Positions 1 to 13,000 of a stretch of 64,000 nt of DNA are shown here, one piece after another. The position numbers and the translations under genes were made by a program. The stretch's first letter is position 1, and each line of letters begins with the position of its first letter. The notes below the pieces were generated by a model, which saw nothing but the letters and a program-made list of their open reading frames with translations, searched no databases and was not told where the DNA came from. The stretch is from Phoronis australis (Eukaryota > Animalia > Phoronida). The stretch is taken from NCBI GenBank assembly GCA_002633005.1, contig NMRA01000029.1, positions 291,707 to 355,706 of the forward strand. Reading direction: 5' to 3'.

Positions 1-888
1 AACAACAATGCACAACAATCATTTTTTGCAGCACCACCAAAGTGTGCAAGAAGTGAATAAGCCATCCTTGAGGCAGTTATTTCACGGTTGTATCCTAGAC
101 ATGGGACTTGACACCTCAGTGCACAAGAACTGTAATCCTACGCAAAAGCCATAACGTCCTTCACCAGAGCCACCTGTTGAGTTGGCCGGTATGTACATCT
201 GCTGAATTTTGCAATTGCACTGCCTTGGCCTGAAGTATTTCAAGACTTCAGAGATCAAAATCTCTGCTCAAAAATTGCAACACCAAGAATTTTACTAAGG
301 AACGATGTTGAACAGCTTTTCAATGCTGAAATGTTTTCATTCGTACTGTTACTCAGTAAAATAAATATCAGAACTACTGCATATACCAACCATAAGCTGA
401 CAGAATAATACTTCACCATTTCCTACAGTGACAGTATTAAAAACCCAACAAACTAATGGCAGTAAAAAATACACAACGATTTTCCAAGTAAAGTACTGTC
501 GTACAATTGTGTATTGAAAGCTATGCCACTGTGACACAGAAATCACTGCAAATGAAATCATTGAAATTGTCTTTAAATCTCTAGTAGTGCTTGAATATGT
601 GATTTTGCCATACACTAATTTTAAAGTTAATTTGCACTGAATTAAAGAGGGTTTACACAACGATAAATGAACATTAATTATTGACACCACTTATCTACTT
701 TGGAGCCAAAAAATAAAAAAACATCAGTTTTGTTATACGACAGTTACACAGAGCAAACCGTGATTTTGGCAATTAAGTAGGTTGAAGAATTTTACAAAAT
801 AAAATCACATTTTACTGCAACGGTGTGAGTTCGACGAAGAGTGACATATTTCCTGATTGACTGAACACGTCATAATAAATAGCTAATC

Positions 889-940
889 CACAATAAGTGT
901 TTACACAATAAATGTTTACACAATAAGTGTTTACACGATA
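889..940. repeat. 15-bp tandem repeat (CACAATAAGTGTTTA) x~3.5 in WASP 3' UTR
   Basis: Directly visible units with 1-2 substitutions. Confidence 0.85.
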
Positions 941-969
941 GTTAATAGGAATGACCTCAATCCCGGTCA

Positions 970-1028
970 TCAATCCCAGTCCTCGTCTTCATCGAATTCA
1001 TCATCATCTTCATCCTCGTCTTCGTCAT
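970..1028 (-). CDS. WASL: WASP last coding exon, acidic Arp2/3-binding tail ([19 protein letters not shown])
   Basis: Acceptor gtgtttcag, phase 1, acidic tract with terminal Trp, TGA at 972-970. Confidence 0.96.
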
Positions 1029-4000
1029 CTGAAACACAATGTGGTAAAAACTGCGATAGAAACACAACGCCTCTAGAGAGAATTAAAGTAAATAAATCAG
1101 TCACCAGTGCTGTAGTGGTTAAATTAGAGGTAAGCAGGAGCCCAAAGCCCACCGTATCACCTTGAGCACTGAACGTAACTTACGGTGCGTAGGCGTTATG
1201 TTCAAATGCCAATAGGTAGTTGGCTGCGCCTGGGCGCGCCTACGCCCCACTACAGCACGGATAGTTTTCTTTAAATCAATGAATGTCACTCGGGATACCT
1301 TCTCAAGGAAAAAATTCTATTCACTTTTGTCTCAGACGCAGAAACAAACTTCCTAGCAATGTTTACACTAAAATTAGTCCAACAATTCATAATGAATTCG
1401 GGGTCCCTTGCAAATTGCACTTCCGGTTCAAGTCAGAAATTTGGTCCTATGCTTCCGTGCAAATATCTCTGAATAAAATGCTTGCAAAGTTTTTGCTAGT
1501 ACACCACAGTTTGGCAATGACAAATCAAATCATCCCTTAGACTGACAAACTGACTTACATATTCATACTCTGCTGAAGTGAAATCAAATTGTATTATTTT
1601 TGAACATAGTCGTGGAGAGCACAACACAAAATTGTATCTCAAGTCATTTTTCATGAAACAAGTCCTTCGAATTGTTTTTGTGGCCAGATTTACTGAATTT
1701 GTAAACATGACCCAGAAGTAAACCTTCTCTAATTTAACAAAACGCAACGAAACGGAACAGACAATTTTAACATTAATCAAAAATAAACAGAAACAACACT
1801 GAACTTTAACTCAGTCATAATTGGTAAGTACACCAACTCATAGTGCATATTTTTCCAGTGGGCTAAACTTTTTGAAAGATTTAAATCTTGGCTATTATTT
1901 GGGTATGGAATTAGAGAAAGTCCATCTCGCCCAAACTTAGTGACTTCGACTTGATAATTACAGCATTACAGACCTTTAACAATGATTACTGACTTATGAC
2001 ACAAAACTCACCACTCCCTTGTATTTGTTTAGACCGACTTGCCAGAGCCATAGCCAATGCACCTGCCAGACCAGTAGTGGGTGCCCCCTGAGACACTGGT
2101 CGCTCATCGGGGCTATTCTCCACCTGTCAAAGGTCAAAGGTTACAATAACTGCAGAAAATGAGGCTGAGGAGGTTCAACAACACAAGAAGCCATACATAC
2201 GATTCAATATAGGATACAACTTGATGAATGGATAGGAGTTTGAAAATTACACACTAGAATGCAAAACTATTAATTTGAATACTGGTAACCGTCAGATGAG
2301 TGAAGGTCACAGACAAGCAAGATCACACAGTGTCTACATCTTCTATTTCATCATCAAAAACATGATTTGTTAGAAAACGAGGTTATTGCCAAACCTACTA
2401 TAATGAACAGCATTCATTTTGCCATGATTACAATAAATAACATTGATAATGGAATCCGACATGACACAAGCCTCACCTTGTTCAGTTTAATGCCTCCTCT
2501 AATGGCACTGAGCAGGTCACTTCTGGCGTCTCCACCGCTTGAGTTCCTCGGCTCATCAGCGTCCACATGTTTCAGAGTGGTACCTTTCTGTATGGCGCTG
2601 AGGAGATCTGAGCGACCACCACCACCTCCACCGATGGGAGGCGGAGGAGGAGCACCCCCACCTGACATTGGAGGTGGTGGTGGAGGTGCAGGGCCTCCAA
2701 CTGGGGGTGGTGGTGGTGGTGGGGGAGCCCCTCCTGCCCCGCCCATGGGCGGGGGTGGGGGTCCGGGTAGTCGACGGTTGCTGGGAGGTGGAGGAGGCGC
2801 ACCAAGCCGTGATGGGGGAGGAGGGGGTGCAGCGCCCATGGTTCTAGACGGTGGAGGCGGTGGCAGACCAGATCGAGAGGGTGGTGGTGGCGGAGCACTG
2901 CCCCTCCCAGGTGGTGGCGGGGGAGGCATATCATTTCTCATGGGGGGTGGAGGTGGTCGGGAGCCTGCAAAGAAGGAAATAGACTGAATGAAACATTCAA
3001 GATGCATGACAACGAGATGGTTGACTGTAAGACACAGAATGTGTTTCTGAGAAATATGCAGCTTAAGTTGAACATAAGAAACAATTTCATTCTCCAGCAA
3101 TTGGTGGAATATGACATGCATATCAACAATAACAAATAGTACCATTTGAACGACCCCCAACACATAAACATCTTTAGTGGAATACTTCTTTACCATTTCT
3201 GTTATATCACGTGAGTGATATTTAAGTAATTTATGTTAATTATGTTTATCCCTGTCAACTCACCACCACTAGGGGGCGGTGGGGGTGGCGGGCGGTTCAT
3301 AGCATCTTTCTTCACCGCCTCAAGCCCGCCATGCTTCTCGATGAAGTCGTAGATGAATGTGGCCGTGTCCTTGTCCTTCAGTGCGCTCTCGTCAATACCC
3401 GCATTTTGAAACAGCTCCTTCATACTGGGGTCCACATTGTCCATCTGGGCAAACAAGTGAAGACATTATTTTAACAAAGCCAATGGCCTACCTTCATTAT
3501 CATGGGTCACAGTCTCATTTTTCACTTATATTTCTTGAAAATTATGGTCACGTGACTACAAACATCCAGACATTAACTTTCCATGCTCATCAAGGAATTC
3601 ATAAATAAAGGGTTTCATGGACTGAAAATTAACATTTTTTAAAGATTTTCAAAGAAACATGAGCCAACACAACATCTTAAAGGGATATTTCTTTTCAGTC
3701 ACAAATTTCCTGTTTTTTTTTCTCAAACCATGCAAACTAATCAACTTAGCGCACAAAAAATGAGCAAAGAACAGCTACAGCTGTTGTATATTTATATGTG
3801 CAATCTTCAAGCATAAGGTTGGGACAAACCCATTTGATTTGCACACTCCCGATGCTCTCAACAAGAGTATCCGCGCACTCACTCACTAATTACTTGGTAC
3901 GTGTAAAAATCACAAATTCGTAACATCTTACATAAAACTCGCTTTTAGCGCCTTGTCGCCAAATATGGACACAACTGTTGAATATGTTTCAAACTTCGCA

Positions 4001-7000
4001 TTTCCTCATTGGTGCAAAAGCCTGACTGAGTTACAGATACAAATAACTACAGTGATCAACTGAATACTTGGCACTGATGGTGACAATGGATTTGCACATA
4101 ACCAAGCACAGAGGACACTTACATCATAACCCGTGTAAGGATCCCAGCCAACATGGCCAACATGTCGGAAGTCAGATGGAAGTCCAATCTGGTCTTTCGT
4201 CAATTTCGCTTTCTTCTTGTCTTTCTTCTTATTCTTGTCCTTGCCTATCGTGTCTTTGCCGCTCCCCACACTGATATTGGTTGCAGGAATGTCTATGGGG
4301 AAAGGTCATAGGTCAGGTAGATATTAAAAATAGAGGGGCCTGTGTCACTGTAGGCCTGATGCTTGTTTAATTTGAATTCTTCAAAACACCTGTTGGAAAT
4401 ATGACATTAAAAATGGACCAAATTCAAAAAGTTATCTCTTTTGAGAAAGCTGAATCTTAAGCTATGATGCAGGTTAAAAAGTTCTAAGGTTAAGACTTCT
4501 CAGTGAAAAAGGTCCCCATTGACTGGGAGAGTTCATCAATACATGGTTACGTGCTTCCAATGAATCCCAATGCCCTCTAGTTAACAAAGAAAGGTTTCAA
4601 TGTCAGGCCAAGTATGCTGATATATAAAACTCAGTTTTATTTTATAAAGTCAAAAACTACCTTCACGTCATCAAGAGTTCATTTAACAAGAGTATTGAGA
4701 CACAAACGTCTATGATAGTCTCCAAAGTAAAACCACTCTCAAAATATTGCGTCTGCATAAATGACAAGAAATCCTTGAAGGTCTACCAAGGCAGGATTTT
4801 TCCTTGTTGACAATAAGTTTCAGTTTGCATAACTACCATTTGTTTTGTTAGTGTTTTTCATGCAAGAATCCTACAAGTAAACTTGCTGCATGCCTTTACT
4901 AATGCTTAAACTGTTCGGCTACATTCCTTAGATGCAAGAATTTCGTGAGTAGTCACTCTGATCGCATGGCAATATCTCGCGTGATCTTGCAGCTACGGAA
5001 CACTGGCCAGATCTACTAAAGAAGCAAAGGCATTATCTACAAACCATAACTTCCATGGGCAGCAAAGCACAGCCTTGGCACGGTACACTCCTCTGTCATT
5101 TTGGAGTAATTTATACAAATGATCCTGACTCTGAACTAGTAGAATTATTATCAAAATACCACAAAATATCTAACATGCAGGGCCACTTCTCATAATGCAT
5201 ATTCTTTCTAATTACATTTTACTTCAATGTTTACTATTTGACTTTTTGTATTCGATTTTCATTTGTTTCTAATTTCCTACATGATTTTTAGTTCATTGTA
5301 AACCTGGTAAAATAACTTTACAAAGATGACATCAAAGTGATGCAATAATTAAATTACTATATTCAAGACAGGTTTCCAGGGAAAAATGTTTGTAAATATC
5401 AAACGACCTTGAAAATCACACACAGCACCATCTTTAAACGGATATCGAAATCTCCGGAAGAGCTTGCAAAATAACCACTTAGCTCTCATAATTTTACACA
5501 AAATACAACAAAACTGTGAACCTAGTGAAGTTCATCACTTCTCCAGCCAAATTTTCCATTGAAACAAGATTTATTCTTAGACTAGTCTGAAGTTGGTGAT
5601 TTTAACCTGGTCTAAATATCACTGTGTGTTCCTTTAAGACTTTCAACAATGGCTGCCACTATGGATCTTTCGATCAAAACTGCCAATCACATGTCTTTAA
5701 CAGATTTCTCCTATCAATATCGAAAATCAAATGATTAAATACTTCAGCCCTTCACAGTAGCAGTGGTTTGAAAAAAAAATTATTTTGAAGTCCCTTAGCT
5801 AATTAACACACTTTATAACTGAAGTAATTTTAAACATCAAAAAGCTCTCAGACACCTAGTGGCAGAACTAACAACCATCATCCTTCAGTCATGTTCAAGT
5901 ATCACCGCGTCAAAATTTCTCTCTCAAAATTTCCCTGAAAAGCTCCAGATTGGAGTTCTGTTAACTTTACAACAGACTTGATTGAAACACTGACTGATTG
6001 CTTGGCCCATGCAGAGTCACCTTAAATATTTCAGGCGAAGTGATTGGTCAATTTTGGAGTCGAGTCCCAAGTAAAGCTAAGTGATCGTGGGCACCTGTCA
6101 TTGTACTTACTGGGTGTTGGTGAGTTTGTGTTGGGGGCACTGGACTGACGGCGAGCTGCAAAAATACATGGCATGCAGTTAGTGCAGAACAATTCTAATA
6201 TCAAATCAATGCAAATATACAGCAAATGCCTAAAGCCAAATCAGTAACTCCACCTAGTGTCCATTCACAGAACAAACTAGTATTTTCATTTAACTGTCAG
6301 CTACATTGCTTCCTGTACCAGCAAGAAATGGCAAACTTTGAATTCTCACATATTGAATTCAGCAAAGTTCAGGCCAGTTTTAACACCATCAGAAATTGCC
6401 AAAAGCAAGGGCAATTGTCTGTTATTAACACCAGTTCAAATATTAGAATGACTTAAAATGAATAGTGTGACAGTGTGAGCAAGGTTATCATCTGAAATTC
6501 ACATTGTACGTCATCAGTGAAGAGAAATAGTCAACGAAATTCTTTCAGATTAAACCCCTCCCAAGAGATGTGGCATTGTAACTAACAATAAAGTATTGAC
6601 CACCCAGTAGGCATCAAGCCACACTCAAAGTATTGACCACCCAGTAGGCATCAAATCACACTCAAAGAAAAATAAAGAAAAAATTTAAGACCTTCAGGCT
6701 GAATGACAACATTTACAATACAGCACACTGACATAAAATTTCAACATTATGTGTCCATTGCTGTTAGCATAGGAGAGTGAATCGGTTGTATTTGCATTGT
6801 ATTTGCATTGTATTTGTAGATCTGACACGGGTATGTGAAGAAACTCTCACAATAGATTCCTGCATATTATATATCATTCATCATCCTTGTAACGTGTTCA
6901 CATTGTGTCTGAAGCAGAAGGCAGATCTGCAGCCAAATTCCTGCCCGCAAAATTCATTTTATGAACGCCCACAGGACATCTGATTGGTTGTTTGATGATC

Positions 7001-10000
7001 GGCCCTACAATTCGCTGGCTGGTCTTTGTTTATTAATGAAAAGGTTACATTCTGTCTGTTCATGGTGATCACACGTGATTGGTCGGAATTCTAGCATTTC
7101 ACGCACATAACTGCTGTGTCATGAAACTGGTTGTAATGACGGCTGATAGGTAGGTGTCTCAGTGAAAACTCAGTCCAAATAGTTAACCTGCCATTAATTC
7201 AGTCACACTGCAGGGCACATTAAAATATGTGGACAAAATGGTCCAAAATTCCCCGTCATGGCAGCTGGGCACAAGAATTCATTGCCACTGTAGTCCTCCG
7301 ATACGACTGCAACTGAAGAATTTCCCAAAAAGTAGGCAAGGTGGATAGAATAGAATAGTTACGTCTTTCGTAATTGGACGCAATGACAGGTGAGCATCAC
7401 CAGTCATTTTAGCTGTAAACGCAATTTGGTGTCACTACTTTCGCCGTATCTTGCACCTGACAAAATTCTCTCGCGTAAGTACTAGATACACAAGCCACAC
7501 ATCACAGTCCCGTGAACAGAATCCCACTAAAATCCTACCACGTTATCAAGTCTAAGAGGAGAGAATGCACAGCTCAAACAGAGAGTGTGAGAAGAGAAAG
7601 ATCACACAACACTGACTAAGCTTACTTACAAAACTCTGTGTTTCGGCTTCTCCAAAATTCTTCAAACAACGGAAAAATTACACCAAACCAAACACCCAAG
7701 CAACTACAAAACTAATTAAACTCGTAACAAAAGAAGGAAAGTACAATGTCCTAGTCTATGTCTTTCAAGAATTTTGAAACAAAGGTTACAGCTGGTCTGA
7801 TGATACAAATATCTTTATTACATATAGAAGACATCTGGCGGATGGGTCCCGCTTCTGGACTACTGGCGGCCCCTTGCCAAGCCCTAGACATCCAGGAGCC
7901 ACCTCTTCGCTATTAGTACGACAAAATATTTGTGGACAGAACTGAATACATGATGATCAGACAAGAAGAACTCGTCAATTTCACTATTTTACTTAAAACT
8001 GTACTGTTTTTTACAATTTCACGCAAAATATAAACAAAAAATTCACCCGAGACAGTAGTGGTGGGAATCCGAAATTTTTTCAGAATCAATTCAAGGCACA
8101 ATTCTAAATCCGTTTTGGGTGACATCACCACTAAGCACAGGCAAAGCCGTTCGCTAAGGTAGGCAATGAAACTGGAATGTGAAACCTTGTCGTGAATTGC
8201 TCGACACTCTGGTTCCATAAGACACGAATATTCTCACAAAGAATCTTAAAAATTTCAGACACCAGGACATTGCAAGAAAAACACAACAGAAAAAGCAAGC
8301 TACCAGTTTTCCGTTTTTGTTGTGTACCAGTCTTGCGCTCATGCTTCCTTTGTAGCTTTCCACTGACCACTTCTTGAAACTTTCGTGCTTCGTCATCGTT
8401 GGCAAAGTTCAGACCGGCTGGACAATCCTGAAATTTAAAGATGAAACTAAATTCACTTTCAACACAAACGAAACAAGGTCCATCACTGACAATTGATCAC
8501 AAATTTCAACTGACAGACTCAATACCCAATGTCTACAGCTATCAAGATGCGCACGTAACCAATTGCTCTTGAATCTGTGTATTATCTGTATTAGAAAGTG
8601 TCTCAAACATACTGTAACAATACAAATATCTCTCGTTTAGTGACAACTCCAAACGAAAGTTATTTCCAAATCCGGACAACAATCTAGTCCATTTTAAGCG
8701 TTCTCCGTAGTCCTTTGTCCGGCACCACATCTTGCATGTAAATTAATTATCTACCACACACTGAATAGTTATTTCAGCCAGTTTTAATTATGCTGAAGAC
8801 ATCGCTAAGGTGGTAATTCCTCTAGTTTACACAAAAAAGAACTCAGATCAATGTTTGTGGTATTGAGAGTTATGACTGTTACTCACACTCTGGTGCCATT
8901 CTAATGACCAAACAAAAGGTGCAGCTGTGAAGCGGATTGAATTCCTAACGTAAATAGCATTATTTTCAAGCAACAGGGCTCTCTGTAGGTCATTTGAGAT
9001 TTATTTAAAAATGCTATAGACCTACCGTCTGTCAATAAAATAACTTTTGATTCAGGCCAATATGGTCGTTCCGGTTTACACAACGACACTCGAATCTCGC
9101 CGTATTTACAAACAAAGCCATAAATATCCGTGAGGCACATTTGCTGCCTCGTTTTTGTGCCACTGGAGTTTCACATGTCATTTGTTGTTGTCTGATTTTC
9201 TCGGTTGCATTTATCTATCCGTCCTCCTAATGCCAATGAAGTATTACTGCTGTGCTGTGGGCTGCAACTCCAACGTTAAAAAGTTTGATAAATTGGACAA
9301 ATACCCGTGGATGCGTGATCTGAAATTCTTCGCCTTCCCAACATCAATGAGACACGAACATGTGCCTGATTTCAAAAACGAGGTCACGCGCTTTCTTATC
9401 TCTGGTCAAAAGAGAGTTCTATCGTCATGTAATCTAGGACGACCCTATTGACATTAAAAAATGGTCTCAATATTGCCAATTGCTCAAATTACATGAAATT
9501 TCTGAGCATGAATGACTTGACCAGACTGGTCATTTTCATTTTATACCGAGTGATGTTCTCGAACAATTACGAATTTTCAGTTCTTCCCAAGCCTAGAAAT
9601 CCTCTCCAATTTGACTAAGGAACATTAATTTAGACTAGTGTTGTAGGTGGGCAAAATCCAAAGTTGCCAAGAGGTGGATCAAGTATGGCAGAACTCAAGG
9701 TCGAGGTGATCTGAATCAAACAATGCTGAATGTGTGTTTATACCACTTTTAAGCCACCGATATGAGGGCAGATTCAGGATTTTTGGAAGGGGAAGACACT
9801 TGGTGTGATGAAGCATTGCAAGAATTTGGCACTTCTTATGCAGATGTTCATCACAGCTTAAAAATTTCATCTTCAAGAAAAATTCAAAAACAACAGACAG
9901 AATTCAATAAAATATCAAAAATCTGGGTCTCCTGTAAGTAACTACAGACAATAACACAGTTTCCGTGGCAACACACTGATTCCCCACTAGGAGTGATTCA

Positions 10001-13000
10001 GAGGCCAGCGAGTCGCTTGTGATTTTGGAGACATCGTGTTAGATCACAGCTAGGATTTCGAACGGAAACTTGCAACCTTACCAGTTTTGGCGAATAAAAT
10101 GGAAGATCCTGAAACAATAATTTTGCGAGACTAAAATCTTGAACATTTACTGTTATGGAAAAAAGCTTTAAATTCTGTTCTGTAAGCCACGATTCTACAC
10201 CTCAATTGTCTCGCGAGTGTCGTGTCATAGAAACACCCCAAGTAATATAAGCGATGAGACGTACCTCTGTATCAAAGGTGTGAAAGTACTCGCGAGGCGT
10301 CTTGTACTTGAAATCATGGTAGAGCTCTTGCTCCCAAGACGCACTTTGAGTCTGGAACACAAAAAAAAACGCTCTCAGCAAAAGATGAATGTGCTGGATA
10401 AATTCTGCTAACAGCAAAAATGGCTGGTAATAAATATTATGCTGGCAACACTCTAGTTGCGGAATGGCTTAGTTATCTTAGTAATATTCCTGACAATTCC
10501 CATTCATTCTCAGTCTTGTCGTCAGAGTACTTTTTGGCTTGTACTGTATCTTTTATAAAAACGAGAAAATATAATTCCACATGTCACTCTGTCATATTCT
10601 GTCCTAAATTGATGAGATTGTACCATTTAAAGCATACATTATCATACATCATCCTTACATTCAAGTCGTAAACTCTGATAAAGTAGGATCTGTTGGGGTT
10701 GTCCTTGATAAAGGTTACCACGCCAACGCAATGCTTCATCCATGTCTTATAACTAGGGCCTGGTGCCAGGTACACTTGGACCACAGCTGTAGCCAACGTC
10801 TGAAAAACAAAGACAGATATCGGTGATTGATAATTCTCACATTCCTAGTTCAACACTCCTCTTTTTTGGAGGCTGAAAATGCATTGTATAATTGACCTAG
10901 TTTTCGATACATAGGGCTGTAGGCACTCCTCTGAGCCGACGTGGACATGTGAGAATGATTTATGACGACTCACTCGGCTTTATAAGGCCACACCGCTAAT
11001 TTTTGAATGAACAAGTGAAAGTTGAGTGGACAACAATAAATTGTTCTGCAACTAAATTTCGTCAGTACCGTGATAAAATTTATTCAATTTGGGACAAACA
11101 CAACAGCTAAATGTTTCATTTGGATTTTTTACATTGCACCAAGAGCTAAAAATTTTACAAAATGTTTGGTGACAAGTCCTGCTAAGAACAAAACTAAAAC
11201 AATTTTAAAAGTCAGACATGGTTGCTGAGAACTTCGTCATGTCGCCCATATTGTACCTCCACTCTATTAAGACTATTTTATTCTGATAATTGTCCTGCCA
11301 CCAAACTGATCATTAAAAGCATGAAAACTACTAGTAAACACCTAGTCACAAACAACCTGTTTGTGAAATGGACATCTCAGACTGGGGAGGAATGCTGTTC
11401 TCTGTCACATACAATAGGGGGCGCTAGCTGTTAAGACTGTTTGGCTTTTGTTGTGAATACTATTCTTGGAGACAAAACCAACACAATCAACTTGACAGAT
11501 ATAAACAGCTGCACACACGCAAGCACACACACCCACTTAACAAAGAACCAAAATTTCAATAGAAGTTTTGAAAAAACAAAATCGAAATCGTTGGTGGCAG
11601 TTCTGTCTCTGAAACGACTCAGTTGTATTCTGAAGCAATCGCTAACAGTTCATACCAGTCAGTTCCCACCAACTGACTCCCTACGGCGCCTCTATCTTTA
11701 CCCCCTTTCACAAGGTCATGTCAAAAATGACGCTGAACAATGACAGATACCTGATACAGTTGCACCCAAAACCTCAAAATCTTTCTCCAAACTGCCGACA
11801 CAGTAACTTTGCGTACCAGTTAACCACTAGCCTGCAGTGTCAATTCCACACCGACTGTGTTTATTTAGCACACAAGTTATGGTAATTATCTCGTTAATAA
11901 ACGAGTAATTTCCATCGTTTCTGAGCATCACCCACTGTTGACAATTATCGCGATTACCATTTGACATTTTAAAGGGTTCGCCAAGCCATCCAAGTGCAAA
12001 TAATATTATTAGCGGAAATAATGAATCTGCACTCCAAGGACACAAAAAATCAAAATAGGCAGAAAATAGTCATTTAACATGCCAGTGCACATCAAAATGT
12101 GATCTACCCTATTGATTTTCCCTTAAAAATGTTTTCACAACAACTCTTAATTTGTTTTTGCAGTTATTCTTCGAAACCAATTCAAAAATCTGGCAACAGT
12201 AAATTCTAGATGATGGAAGTGCTTGCTAACATAGAAAGGTTTTGATTTGGTGTAAATGAGCGGCAAAACAACATTGTTGATTGCCCAAAAACCTATCTAA
12301 TACTCTTCAATTATTAACAAGTTTCCGTGATCACTTGGTAAAACTAACAGAGACAAACACGTTTGATTTCCGTATTCCATCGAATTGCTGAAAGTTAATT
12401 CCGCTCAGAAAATGTAATTTCTTTCTTAATGTATTCGTTCGAAATACCAGCATTTCGTGGAAAACAACCTGCGTACAATCCACATCAGTCACTTTGCAGA
12501 CAACGCTTGAGAAAAAATTGCATCCTGGGAAAAATGACACTCTTCTACAAAAAATCACGTGTCAACCAAAATATTTTTTTCCTGTACACCATTCCTATAA
12601 CCATTGCAGTACAGCCCGAGAAATAGTGGTAGACATCATATTTTAAGGTTATGAAAAATTTTCAAATTCAGCTAACTTTGGAACATCATATCTTAGAAAT
12701 GACTGATCGGATTAATATAAAACTTTCAGATAGTATGTTTTATAACGTTTGTTGGGAATTGCTTTTAAAAAATTCCATTTTTGCATGAGGGGCTATAAAA
12801 ATTCAAATTGCGTAAAACGAAAACGAAACAATAATTTAGAAAGCTATAACAGATTTTACCAAGGACATTCATCATATCAAACAAAATTAGGCCAAGATAT
12901 TGAGGTCGTTGTTTGGCTATGAATGTACCTTTCTTTGTTTAAATTTACTAAATAGTTGCAGATTACTTTGCAGTTGACCGATCAAGGCGAATGAAAGAGC

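Noticed and set aside
2367-2987. 206-aa Gly-rich ORF on the + strand (and His-rich ORF 2572-2934 on -)
   Set aside because: Antisense and alternative-frame shadows of the WASP polyproline exon.
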